This document shows, in pieces, positions 1-32,968 of a stretch of DNA of 64,000 nucleotides. The notes below the pieces were generated by a model. It saw only the letters and a list, made by a program, of their open reading frames with translations. It was not told the origin of the DNA and ran no database searches. Position 1 is the first letter of the stretch. Each line of letters opens with the position of its first letter. A program made the translations under genes and the position numbers. Source of the stretch: Chrysomallon squamiferum (taxonomy: Eukaryota; Animalia; Mollusca); contig CM022668.1 in NCBI GenBank assembly GCA_012295275.1, forward strand, positions 11,408,001 to 11,472,000, read 5' to 3'.

Positions 1-12
1 TAATATATATTA

Positions 13-62
<50 letters not shown>

Positions 63-169
63 TACACACTAAGTTCGGTATACCATATAGTCTTTGTTTT
101 CATAACTATCTTAGGAAACTCCTCATACCAAAGTTTCAATATTTAAAGCTCAATATTCTTAAAAAGATT

Positions 170-2343
170 TAGTGTAGACTGCCTTGTATCAGTTTTACAG
201 TCCTGTAGGAATTTGAAATCGTAATTGATTTAACTTCATTTTCGTATGAACTAAACAAACATCTTAGGTGACAATTTTTTAGACCTCTGTAAGGCTCAAT
301 TTCCAAGATGGTTACCATCACTCATAGAAAATACAGAAAAATGGCATTAATCTGGAACCACTGGACCAACTTCAATGATGTTAACTCCATTACAGGGTTT
401 GCAAAATGTCTGAAACTCTGACAACACCACTCTGATGTGTCACATGTAACAGTGACTCTAATGAATTTGCTGCTGACCCTGGTATTCAAAAATACATGAT
501 GTACATCACCTATATTGCCAGTGATTGGCTGTGTAGATTCTCATTCTTCTCATCTGGCTCTCACCTTTTAGGTCAGCATTATTAGCTGTCTTACGATATC
601 ACCCTATGCTCAACAATGGTTGAACCATATGATAAGGGGCACATCATATTTGACTGCTATGACTTTACTCAGTCACTGAATCAGAAGATGAAAGCAAAAT
701 GAGCACTGGGGAAAGAAATGGAGTTTGTGATCCATGACGAGATGGACACTGCTAACAGTACCCTCAAAGAGCTGCTCTCTGCCTCTAAGATAAAGGCACT
801 CCTCTCCAACATTCTTGGTAATGCCATACTGTAAAAATACAAAGGTTTGAAAAAATAAAGGTGGTGCTGTGAAAGGTACCACCATTCAGATCAATCAACC
901 CCACTCTTTGGCAGAGTTGTTGTCCACACACAATCATGAGAAGGTTGACTCCATAATTCCTTTGCATGTACTTCATGCCATTGGTGAATCCACTCGGAGA
1001 TACATAGATGTGTGGGTCACCTGACAATGATATATATATCTCACTGATTCACCGAATTCAATTTGCTCAGTGGAAAAGGTGACAAGTGTTGATCAATCAA
1101 CATTCATGAGCATATGAGTACCATTAGGCAAGACAAGATCAATATCTGATTGGTTTCCATTATTTTACAGGTGCAGACTGGGGAAGGAAATTCGTTGGCA
1201 TCTCAAAGAAGAGTTGGATTACCTCATACCTATCCTTGCCCAATTATGATCCCATCATCTCTGCCTTCCTTGGCAAGGGTACTCACAAGCCATGAGCTGA
1301 TGGACTCTGAGCTGCTCAGACAAGTTTATTTGCTCAGTATACAGGTCTGGGGATGCAACTACCATATCATTTTTGCGTTGGATATTTTTCAGGTCCCAGA
1401 ATCTGGAAAGCGAGAAGCTTCCTCCAACCAGAGCAACACTGATGCCCCAACTTTGTGACTCAAGACCTCACCAAAGCTGTACAAGACCTCACCAAAGCCT
1501 ACTGCCTCTAGAGGAAAATGAATGGATGCTTGCCAGAGACCAGTATGTCCCAGTACAGTGTCTCTGATCGAGACATCTTGCAAGGGTCACTGCTCATGCA
1601 AGAAGAACAATATCACCTGCACTGTTCTCTGATGAAGATGAAAATGATGCATGATTGTTGCAGAAGATGAAGAAGAATAACACTAACAGATTATGTTTAA
1701 AGAACCTTCAATGTTTTTATTTCCACACAAATTTAATTTTATTCAGCTTGTTGTCTGTGTTTCAAATTGTAATTGTTTCAGAACGAAATTAAACAGGTTG
1801 TCTGACACAGTGCAGTTCACTATTGGTAATTACTTCTATTTGCTTATTTGTACTCAGATTTTGACCCAGAATCTGAACTATGTGTTTGGTTGCGCATGTG
1901 TGCATAAAACTGTAACATGACCTAATTATAATAGTTTGATTTTATTGAATGTTCAACCTGTGTTAACCTTTGTTTCAACTTTGCTGCATATCAAACCCCA
2001 CTTCCTCTGCAAAATTTCTCAATCACATAAATACATATGCATATATTTCTACATAAAAAGAGTCAAAAATGACTTTTACCTTAACTTTTTTACATGACCT
2101 TTACCTATTATCGACCTGAAACATGTTCCACGTTATAAGGCATGTTTGAAAACCCTATAATGGAGTCTAACATCACTGAAGTTGGTCAAGTTATTACAGA
2201 GATATGCCATTTTCTCTTGAGTGACAGCTGAGATGTTTGCATTTTGGCCCTAAAAATGTGCCACCTAAGAATTTTGTTTAGTTCATACCAAAATGAAGTC
2301 AAATCTTACTTTGGGCATCAGGAGTACATCTCAGTCTATACTA
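170..2343 (+). mobile_element. Decayed, internally deleted Academ(X)-like DNA transposon in a gene A intron
   Basis: Termini TAGTGTAGACTG / CAGTCTATACTA. Long inverted repeats (231-280 vs 2251-2301; 341-400 vs 2150-2210). Broken coding remnants NHEKVDSIIPLHVLHA (HEEADT/XPG-like), SEKLPPTRATL and C-terminal CKGHCSCKKNNITCTVL. Confidence 0.65.
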
Positions 2344-2359
2344 TTTGTGATGAACTTAC

Positions 2360-20835
<18,476 letters not shown>

Positions 20836-20854
20836 TATGCTGTCGCCAATTTGG

Positions 20855-20882
20855 TGACGTCAATGACATATACTTGACGTCA
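20855..20882. promoter_or_regulatory. Two perfect CRE palindromes upstream of gene A ATG
   Basis: TGACGTCA at 20855-20862 and 20875-20882. Confidence 0.55.
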
Positions 20883-21112
20883 CTCATCAGCTGAAGAGTA
20901 TATGCAAACTAATTATGACAAATGCCTTCATAAATCTACATTATGAATTATGATGATTTTCGTTCATTTCTTTCTTTCTTTCTTACACACAACACACACA
21001 CACACGCACAAACACAAACATGTGTGTGTGTGTGTGTGTATACATATATACTGAAATGAGGACATTCCCAAAATATTGTTTTAAGCAAAGGTGCTCTGAA
21101 AATTAAGGAACC

Positions 21113-21452
21113 AATTATCTTTCTCCAAAAAGTTTCAAGACTCTTTTGTTTTTCTTATTTTCCCCCACCATCCCACAACCAGTTCAACCGTTGGAACGTA
21201 TTAGGACCTGTTTTATTAATTAAAATCTTATGTACCAATTTCAGAATCTAAGTAAATATAATAATAATTATCATCATCATCATCATCATCACCATCATTA
21301 TTATCATCATAATGATGATGATGACCATCAGTATTATACTAATCACAATTTACATTAATTAGGCCAAAACAGGTCCTAACACTTTCCAACGGTTGAACTG
21401 GTTTTGGGGCGGGGAAGTAAAAAGTATTCAAACTGTTTGGCTAAAGATAATT
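21113..21452. repeat. Inverted repeat (fold-back/MITE-like) with (ATC)n-rich spacer
   Basis: AACCAGTTCAACCGTTGGAA vs TTCCAACGGTTGAACTGGTT; TTAGGACCTGTTTT vs AAAACAGGTCCTAA; AATTATCTTT vs AAAGATAATT. Confidence 0.8.
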
Positions 21453-21991
21453 CTAAAGATATTGAAATGTTTTAATAATAGAAATGTTTTGTTTATATAT
21501 GTTACAGTCAATTTGGCCTAATGCCTGAAATGTTTAGGCATTCAGCCTAGTGCCCAAGATCGTCAGGCATTTGGTCTAATGACTAAAATTTCCAGGAATT
21601 AGGCTAAAAGACTGAAATATACGTCTGAATGACTGAATGAAAAATACATAAGAATGGTGAGGTTTAAAGCTTCATTCTATGGGTGTTTAAGTAATGTTTC
21701 ATATATTGCAGCAGTCCAAACATCTATGACATCTAGAATGGCACAAAAGTGGATCTTTAAATATTGACAACGTTTTGTTTGATACATCTTTGTTTCCCCC
21801 ACCCCATAACTGCGTAATTTTGCTTCATTTCAGAATTATTTTCTTTTTCATCTTTTTCTTCTTTGCCTACTGATACACTGTTGTTCTTTATTTTTTGAAT
21901 TTTTATCTGTTTTAAATTCTATTTATATATTTTAAGTGTTAATAGTTTGTATTATTTAACCATTATTATTATTATATTATTATTATTATTA

Positions 21992-22033
<42 letters not shown>

Positions 22034-22638
22034 GTTATTGTTTGTTGTTGTTGTTTGTTGTTTTTATTTTTATTTTTTACACACACCTAAGTATTAATTT
22101 TCCTTATACAATTATTTTCAGACTAAATTATTACTGCAGTCTTCTACAGCCATTCAAATATTTATTTGTACAATTTAAAGTTTTCATTCAATTATGAAAC
22201 GAAGTAAGTTGGCATAAACCCGTGTCCTCTTGGTGTACACGTATTTCAGATTGCCACAGATATTTATTTTTATTTCGTTTAATTATTTATTTTTCCCGTT
22301 TTATGTTTATTTTCAATATATAAAGAAAATAATAAAATGAAAAGAAAAAAACATATGCGATTTAATTGAATATTCAGATCGTTCTAATAATTACAACGTT
22401 TAGTACGAAATTTACATGACAATGTTTACTTTGAAGATTAATGGTGATAACATTTTTTTAAATGTTTTCGTTTTCTATTTAACATATAAAGTACCTTGAA
22501 TCAGATTTTAAACATTTCTAAGTTGTAATTAAATATATTGAAAATAACAGATAAATGTACTGTAAATATATATATATGTGTGTGTGTGTGTGACAGTATT
22601 TTGTGTTCAATGATATGATCTTTAAACGTCTCTCTCTC

Positions 22639-22731
<93 letters not shown>

Positions 22732-22861
22732 CTCTCTCTATCTATCTATCTCTCTCTCTCTCTAATTGTCTAAACTCTTTTCGTTAACTTGTCTTTTCTC
22801 ATCCAAATCCACTGGGTGAACTTCCCCTTGATAGTTTATCAGACGTTGTTTTTTTATATCT

Positions 22862-23746
22862 TTAGACGGACCCTACATACACTGAACCAAATTTCTCATC
22901 CCAATCATTTTCTGTTCCACTGGGCGAACTTCCCCTTGATAGTTTATCAGACGTTGTTTTTTTAATATCTTTAGACGTGCTCTTTTTTGGCCCTAGATAC
23001 ACTGAACCAAATCTTTCATCTATATCATCTTCTGTTTCCTGTTTTTCTGTTGCAATGGATGAACTTCCCCTTGATAGTTTATCAGACGTTGTTTTTTGAA
23101 TATCTTTAGACGTGCTCTTTTTTGGCCCTAGATACACTGAACCAAATCTTTCATCTATATCATCTTCTGTTTCCTGTTTTTCTGTTGCAATGGATGAACT
23201 TCCCTTGATAGTTTATCAGACGTTGTTTTTTGAATATCTTTAGACGTGCTCTTTTTTGGACCTAGATATACTGCACCAAATCTTTCGTCTAAATCATCTT
23301 CGGTTTCCATTTTTTCTGCTCCACTGGTCGAAGATTGCTGTGGTGATTTGTCAGATGTCCTTTTCGGAAGATCTTTAGAACCGCTAATTTTAGGACCTAA
23401 ATAAACCGATCCATGCTTTTCATGTAAATCTTTCAAAGCAGACTGACTACCTGCAGTACTGGTTCTAGATGTTACCGCTGGCTGATCACTTTTTCTTAGC
23501 GGAATATCTATAAGACCGCTAATTGCGGGACCTAAATACACCGAGCCATATTTTACATGTATATCCTCAGTTTTAGAGCTCGTACGCGATGCTGGTTTTA
23601 TAGTGCTACTAGATGTAGGACCGACATATATAAAACCATATTTCTCATGCAAGTCTTCAAACGCTGGGTTATCGGCCTCGCCTCCACCTTTTTTGTCTTT
23701 ACCTTTCACTCCCAAAATTCTGCCTTGCTTTCTCTTTTTCTTCTTT
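22862..23746 (-). CDS. Gene C terminal exon (cytoplasmic tail); 1-nt frameshift near 23203, stop position uncertain
   Basis: ccag|A AAG..: RKKKKRKQGRILGVKGKDKKGGGEADNPAFEDLHEKYGFIYVGP..., then 135-nt repeats DDIDERFGSVYLGPKKSTSKDIQKTTSDKLSRGSSSIATEKQETE. Confidence 0.8.
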
Positions 23747-24913
23747 CTGGTTTGTTTTTGCGAAGGTTAAAAAAAAGAAAAGAAAAAAAGAAAGAGATAA
23801 TATGATAATGATAATATATTTATAGTAGATGTAGCTATAGCGGGCAGCAGGAGTAGTAGTAGTAGAGCTGTTGTTGCTGTTGTTGTTGTTTAAGTAATTA
23901 CAACTGCAGGTGTAACTAGAAATTATACTACTAGTAATAGTGACAGAAGTGTGTTCTAGTAACAGTGGTAGGAATAGTGGTAGTGGTAGTAGAAATATAA
24001 TTTGTGCATAACAACACGTTTTTTTTTTTTGTACAAGTTATTTAACATTCAGTTAGTTTATCTTAATATACTGAGGATGAACATCTAAAATATCGAAGCA
24101 AATACCTGTATGTTTTTGTTTTGTTTTCTGCATAAATAACTAACATTTGTATTATTCGGATTAATAAATAGCGTTATCGTTACAAACCTGAATAATTATT
24201 GTATATCTCACTACTTTGTACAATTGTGTTTCGATCATGAATAACTAAAATTTGATTAACACATAACTTACATATGTAAGCATAAAACTGTTCTTAACTA
24301 AATAATATTCAATAACTACAGGAACATTCGAACAATCGATTGCCAGTGAAATTTTCCTAATATTGATAACTAACAGAAGCTTTCTACTGTTGATAATATT
24401 AGATTTCCACTACTGATAATGGAATATTCCTCCCTTTGATAACTAACGCGAATATTCCTTGAATTGATAACTAGCGGAAAATCGCTTGATAATGGAATGT
24501 GAGAAAAATTTATAATGGAATACTCCAACAACTATCTAGTAATAGACTGTTCCTGAATGATACATGCATATGATTTATAATTAATGGAATGTTCCAAGCA
24601 TTCAAACAGAATATTCCTAACATTTAGAACGGAATATTCCTGATAAATAAAGGAATATATCTAGCACTAATGTCAAACAAAATATCGTTAACACTGATTA
24701 CTGAATATTCCTAGGAATGATAACTAACGGATATTTGGATACGGGAATAATCTTTACATCAATAACCAAGTAATGTTCCCAGCACTGATAACTAAAAACA
24801 TTAATACCTATTGGAAAATTCCTAGCACTAACAGCTAACGAAATATTGATAGCATTCATAAATAGGAATATTCCTTATACTGATAACTAAGAGAATATAC
24901 CTAGCATCGATGA

Positions 24914-24971
<58 letters not shown>

Positions 24972-25629
24972 TTTAAAAAGTAGAAAAAAAGATAAAAAAA
25001 AAAAAAAAAAAAAAATAAGAGCAAAGAAAAAAAGAAAGAAAAAGAAAACAGATTCCTTCACTGATGAGTAAAGGATTATTCCTCGCACTAATATCTACGG
25101 GATGTTTTTAAACAATATCTATTGTTATATTCTTGGCAAAAATAACTAACGGAAGATTGCTGGCACCGATAAATAACTGAATATTCCGAACACTGATGAC
25201 TTAGCTAGCTCGCATGTTGTTTTAGTAAAAATATCTGACTATTACCTAATGTGCAACACGAACCCTGAAACAACACAACAAACAACGACTGCAGCGGGAA
25301 TTCCGGAAAGCACTGCCATATTTGAGGGGTTTTTAGCCTCTGAAAATAAATATAAATATTAAATAGTACCCGTGGACACATTAAAAAACAATCAATATAT
25401 TCTGCACTTTCAAAAGTATGCTTTATGTGACCTCTATCGTCCCACCTTTGTTAATAACAAAGTATGACAATATGAATACAATTTAGAAATATCTGTGGGC
25501 TGCAATGCTTTTTCAATCGTAATTCCAGAGCGAAAATAACTGTATGTTCCAAATTTTCTTCTAGCATGAGATAAATACAGCTATCAGTCCGATATATGAA
25601 GGATAGTCTCATTCTTATGTTTGGTAACA

Positions 25630-25664
<35 letters not shown>

Positions 25665-27009
25665 TGTCATAACTTCTTTCTTATGATGATAGACTTGCCA
25701 AAACAGTAAAATAAAAACTTGGAATTATAAAATTCGAGTGAAATTTTATTAGAGCATTTACTGGCAATGCTACAAGTACACTTTAATGATGACTCTAACT
25801 TTATTTGAGGATATTTTCTTTTAGAATATAGGATTTTCTTGATTTTATGGTATTATTTACTAATATAGCAAAGGAATTCAGCTTATTGACTCTAGATTCA
25901 AACAGGTCTCTAAATCTATTAAACTGTTCAAAAGACAAAAAAACATAATGATTGTATTATATAGTAATGGTAATAATTTTAGTTGTAGAGAAACGGAAAC
26001 AGTAGAAATAGCAGTGCTAATGTTATTTGTAATAACAGGTAGTGGTAGTCCTAGTGGTGGTGGTAATAGTTCTAACATCACTGGTAGTAGTAGAAGCAGT
26101 AGCAGCAGTGGTAGTAATAGTAACAGTAGTAGCAATAGCATTGGCAGTGGTAACAGCAGACTGACAGATGATGATGGATAAATGTACGGAGAAAGGTAGT
26201 TATTGAAGTAGTAGTAATTGTAGACGGAGAGATGATGGATAAATGTACGGAGAAAGATAGTTATTGAAGTAGTAGTAATTGTAGACAAAGAGATGATAGA
26301 TAAATGTATGGATAAAGATAGTTATTGAAGTAGAGAAAGATGATAGATAAATGTACGGATAAAGATAGTTATTGAAGTAGTAGTAATTGTAGACGGAGAG
26401 ATGATGGATAAATGTACGGAGAAAGATAGTTATTGAAAGTAGTAGTAACTGTAGACGGAGAGATGATGGATAAATGTACGGATAAAGATAGTTATTGAAA
26501 GTAGTAGTAATTGTAGACGGAGAGATGATGGATAAATGTACGGAGAAAAATAGTTATTGAAGTAGTAGTAATTGTAGACGGACAGATGATAGATAAATGC
26601 TTGAAAAAAGGTAGTAGTTGACGTAGTGGTAGTGGTAAATGGAAAGATGATAGATAACTGTATGGAAAAGGTTAGTAATTGACATAATAGTAGTAGTAGA
26701 CGGAGAGATGATAGATAAATGTAGTTGAGTTAGTAGTAGTAGTAGTAGTAGCACTAGTTATAGTAGGAGAAGTAGTATAAGTTACGTTAGTGAAAATATT
26801 ACCAGGACAGTTAGTTCTTGAATTACAGCTTTCTGTGAAATTTTTCTTCCGATCACCAACACAGACCTTTCCCCCAAATGCAGGTTCTGGATTAGTACAC
26901 TGACGTCTGAACAATATTTTACTACTACCAACTCCCCCACAAGTGACACTGCAGGGACTCACTTCCATTTGTTTCCAAGATGCCCATCCACCATCAACTA
27001 ACAAACACA

Positions 27010-27044
<35 letters not shown>

Positions 27045-27688
27045 AAATAAATAAATAAACAAAATAAAATAAAACCATGAACTCTATGCATTGTTAGAGT
27101 TCTAAATACGTTTTGTTGAACATTTGTTTATTTATCTTTTTAGTTACTTGGTTATTCGTTCTTGTTTATTTTATTTTTTTCTTATTTTTACTTTTTATTT
27201 TTTATTTTTTTATCTTTTAAATTAAATTAATAGTAGCAGCAGTGTTAGCTGTAGCACCAATAGTGGTAATAACAGTACTAATAACAGTTGTTGAAAGTTA
27301 TGATTGTAGTGATAGAAGTAGTAGTAATGGTACTAGTGTAAGTAGTTTTACAGTTAAAGTAAATAATAACAGTAGTTATATTACCAGGACAGCTTTGCGT
27401 AAAGTTACAACCCTCTGCGACATTTTTAATGTCGTCGCCAAAGCAGTTTTTTCCTCCAAAGTCTGGCTTTGGATTACTGCATTCACGTCGGGAAGTAATT
27501 TCTCGTATGCCGCTGCCGTTGCATGTAACAGTACAGACACTGAATTCAATTGGTATCCACGAAGACCACCCACCGTCCACTAGAAATGTACACAATAACA
27601 AGTTATAATGATGCAGTAATGGAACAACCATGTGACAAAACTAAAAGCAACCATAAATAGCTGATAATTCAAAAAAAAAAAAAGTTAA

Positions 27689-27723
<35 letters not shown>

Positions 27724-28197
27724 AATTTGCTAATTTTAGTCATCGGATCATTTATTAATTAATGTATTTATTTAGTAGTGCGTATGATGATGAAGGTAAT
27801 AATGATGATGATTATAATAATAATAATAATAATAATAATTATTATTATAATTATTATAATTATAACAACAACAACAACAAAATAATAACAATAACAATAG
27901 TAATAATAATCATAATACTAATACTAATACTAATACAATGATGATGATGATAATTATTATAATGATAAAAATGTTGATAATACCCGGACACGTGACATTA
28001 ATTTCACACGTGACATTTGCGGTTTTGAAAGTCTCCCCAAGGCACGTTCTTCCTGGTCTGGGATGTATGCAGTGTCGCCGGTAATCAGTTAAAAGTCTCC
28101 CGTCACCACACGTGACACTGCAGGGGTAACGTCTTTGGAGTATCCAAGTGCTCCATGTACCATCACCTGATAAAAATACAAATAAATAAATTAATTA

Positions 28198-28243
<46 letters not shown>

Positions 28244-29138
28244 GTATAAGCGAAATATTAGAGAAAAGTCCATTCCTTTGTCCTATAGACACAGGAGAGA
28301 CCCCAAGATTGCAAGACCGATATACCATACGGAGATGAATAGATACTGATACAGAGAAGGGCAGGCAGATGGAGAGATATACATATAGATGTACTAACCA
28401 GCAGACATACTTGATGGACAGACGAACAAATGGATGGATTAATGAATGAAAGAAGGAAAAGGCAAATAAAAAGAAAGGGTCAGACAGAAAGATAAATACA
28501 TTACAAGGGCATATAAAAGACACTGATGAAATAGAAAAAGAAAAAAAGTCAATACGGTTACTTCTGGTGGTGTCTCTTTTGTTATGAACACCTACAGCTA
28601 TATCAGTAACGACGATAACGAAAGTCTGAATACGAAATAACGAACGAAGCAGTCTTCACTCATAGCAGTATTACCAGGGCAGGCATCCGTAGAGGTACAG
28701 TCTTGTACGTGTGTTTTAGTGGCACTACCACTACACGGCTTCCCTCCAAATGCAGGTTTCGGATTACTACAGGTACGTTTGAAAATGTAATCCTGTTTGC
28801 CTTGCCCGCGGCACGTGGCACTGCAGGGTCCATAAACATTTGCTGTCCAAGATGTCCACCCACCGTCCACTGAAAGATTAAACAACACAATTAGTACTCT
28901 GTCTCATGAATGGCAGATGTTTGAGGAGGTTAATTCACAAATCAATAAATAATAATGACAATAATAATAAAAATGATAATAATAATAATAATAACAGTAA
29001 TAATAATAATAACAATAACAATAATAATAATAATAAAAAATAATAAATAATAATAATAATAATATAAACGACAATAACAACAATAGTATAATAATAATAA
29101 TAATAATAATAGCAAAACAACAATGACGGTGCTGTTGT

Positions 29139-29171
<33 letters not shown>

Positions 29172-29718
29172 CGATAAAAATGCAATAATAAAAATAATGA
29201 AAATAATAATAACGACGATGATGATCATGATGATTTAAAATAACAATAACCCAGCAAAAAAAACAGCATAAACATAATTATATCAACAAAACCACAAAAA
29301 CAGTTACAACAACAACAACGATGATGATGATGGTGGTGATGATGAAGATAATACCTGGACATAATACATTTGCTTCACAGGAGATATTTATTGTTCTCGA
29401 GCTATCACCAGTACAGTCCCTTCCACCATACCGTGGTTTCGGCCTGTCACATAACCTCGAATAATACTTTAAAATTCTCCCTCTGCCACAGGTGACGCTG
29501 CAAGGATGACTTGAAACTAATTGCCAAGATCCCCAGTAACCGTCACCTGAATTGCCAACAGTTTTATATTTACGTTTAGCTGACTGAGAAACAAACCATC
29601 ACACAAAATGTTTCAGAGGAATAGATGCGAGAGTAAGGAGGATCGTGTGCATATGGGAAACCAGACAAAGAGTAATCTAAGCATATATATATGTATATAT
29701 ATATAGAGAGAGATAGAT

Positions 29719-29785
<67 letters not shown>

Positions 29786-29859
29786 TATTATAGAGAAAAA
29801 CCATGAATAAAGAAAGAAGCTAACAAAAGCGTTGATTAAAACAATATTAATAATAATAA

Positions 29860-29894
<35 letters not shown>

Positions 29895-30081
29895 ATCCTA
29901 GAAACCGAATCTGAAATATCTAAATATATAAAAATATAAGTTAAGATACAATTAGACTGATACTAGCTGAATTAAAGAAAGGACTACTGAAATATGACAA
30001 GTGTACAGGTAGAGAGATAAACAGGCCAGTGATAGTAATGATAATTTAACAACAACAACAACAGCATTGATGATTATCACC

Positions 30082-30116
<35 letters not shown>

Positions 30117-30335
30117 ACCTGGGCACATGACGTTTGATTTACACGAACTATTTGCAGTTTTATGATTTTCTCCGGGACACTTCTTTCCTCCAAACTGTGG
30201 TTTCGTCTTGTTGCAGAATCGTGTGTATTCTGTAATATGCCAGCCAGAACCACACGTTACACTGCAGGCCCCAATCGTAACGGCATGCCAGGAACCCCAT
30301 TCTCCATCAACTGTAAATACAAAAAATAAAAAATA

Positions 30336-30381
<46 letters not shown>

Positions 30382-30501
30382 TAAAAAGAATAAAAAGAAT
30401 AATAATAATAATAATTAAATAAAAAATAAATAAATAATTAAATATAAAATAATAAGTAAGAAAAGTGATAAATAAATAATAACAGTTCAATTAAACAAAG
30501 C

Positions 30502-30542
<41 letters not shown>

Positions 30543-30567
30543 TAATAATAATAAATAAATAAATAAA

Positions 30568-30612
<45 letters not shown>

Positions 30613-31076
30613 ATATACAATAAATAAATAAATAAATAATTAAATATAAAATAATTAAGAGGCAATATATAAGTCTTAAAATCATAATATTACCAGGACA
30701 TTTAATATTTGTTTCACAAGTCCTGTTTATGGTTTTCAAACGATTGCCACTACAAAGGGTTCCTCCGTACTTCGGTATTGGATTGTTACAAAACCTTCTG
30801 AAATCGATCTTACGCTGACCAATTCCGCATGTGACACTGCATGAGTGATATTTATGTTGATCCCAAGCACCCCATCCGCCATTAACTGAAATGTAAATGT
30901 CACAGAACGAACATTATCAACATCTTTTATTCAATACGATCCAAACTTCGTTTCTTATTTCTTTACGGGTTGACCAGTCTGATTCTGTTATTATTTATTT
31001 ATTTATTTATTGTTATTATTACTGTTACTACTACTACTACTAGCACTATTTTTATTATTATTATTATTTTCATTAC

Positions 31077-31107
<31 letters not shown>

Positions 31108-31159
31108 TTCACTACTTTATTTATTATTATTATTATTATTATTTTTATTATTTTACTTA

Positions 31160-31193
<34 letters not shown>

Positions 31194-31329
31194 TTACTTT
31201 ATTTTATTTATTAGTAGTATTATCAGTATTTTAATTTAACTAATAATTTTACTATTAATTCTACTATTACTACTACTACTATTAGTATATTACTATTACT
31301 ACTACTAATATTACTACTACTACTAGCAC

Positions 31330-31373
<44 letters not shown>

Positions 31374-32875
31374 TTACTAGGACAATGGACGTTTGTGTCG
31401 CAGGTGGAATTAACTGTTTTGAACTCAGTTCCGATACAGTTTCTTCCTCCAAACTGTGGTCTTGGATTACTGCAATTACGTCTGTAATCAACTCTATGCC
31501 AACCAGAGGCACACGTAACACTGCATGAATAATTACTAAACTCTTCCCACATGCTCCATCTGCCATGGACTGCAACATGATTCAAATTAAATCAATAGTG
31601 AAGCAATGAAAGATGAAATCGGAAGCAGTATATATGAAACTTAATTATTCGGTACAATGGTGATGTTGATGATGATGTCCACAAAAACAACAACAATGAT
31701 GATGATGATGACGATGATAATAATAAAATAATAATGATGATGACGATGATGATGATAATACCTACATATCAACAACAAGAACAATAACACGGGTAAGAAT
31801 AAGAACTAGCAGTGGCGGTGATGATAATAATAGTTAAATAATAATAATAATAATAATATTTATAACGATGGCTACAACAACTACTACAAAACTAAAAATA
31901 ATCATACCAGGACAGTTGATATGTGTATCACAGTTCCTAAGTATTGTTTTGGAACCATCGCCTGCACAATTCCTTCCTCCATATTTTGGTTCTGGGTTTT
32001 GCATCTTCGTCTGAATTTCAGTACACGTGTACCAGAAGCACAGGTGACGCTGCATGAAAACTCTTTATACTGTTCCCAAATGCCCCAGGCCCCATGAACT
32101 GAAATACAAATAGCATACGGTAAGATCTAAGGAAAACATTACGGTAATATAATATATACTGGTATATATATATATATACAATGCAAACATAGCGATACTC
32201 TTTGATGGATTGTGTTAAAATAAAACAGAATGTAATCACTGATGCCAGAGTAACAAGTCTACTAAAACCAGTTTCGACACTGCAATATTTATTTATTTAT
32301 TCATTTGTTTATATATTTTCTGTGCGTGGTTTTAGTGAATATTATTCTGAAACCTTTTCTACAATTCGAATATTATTAATGTAATTATGAAGTGTAGTTC
32401 TACTGAAACAAATTGTATTTCCAATCTGCAATAAAATGTATCTGGTCATATAACCAATTCGGATAGATTTCTGAAATATTGATTTTTGACCCAAAATATA
32501 GGAGAATCACAACACCTAAACTGCTTATATTTCTGTTCGCATGGTCTCTGGGAAGTAAACACAAGACTTATTTCTACACGAAGATGTCATTAAAGTCAGT
32601 TTATACATGGTTTGTTCCTTTCAGTAAATGGTCACGTTTTCACAAAATGTTATATTATATCAAATGCTCATCTTACGATCATAACAGGACCATTTATCCA
32701 CTCCCAAGAAAAATGATTTTGAAGTTCTCTACAACATTTGATCCTTTAACATTCCATTTTTTTTATTTTTTATTTTTTTTTTTTTTAATACCGTTTCTGC
32801 CAAAAGTTATAAAATTGCAATTCGTCAAAATATGGAATTCATGCTATAAGCACTTGACATGAGATCATTTTGTAC

Positions 32876-32912
<37 letters not shown>

Positions 32913-32937
32913 CATAATAATAATAATAATAATAATC

Positions 32938-32968
<31 letters not shown>

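Noticed and set aside
26160-26720. CRISPR-like array
   Set aside because: Head-to-tail minisatellite without unique spacers, in a eukaryotic intron
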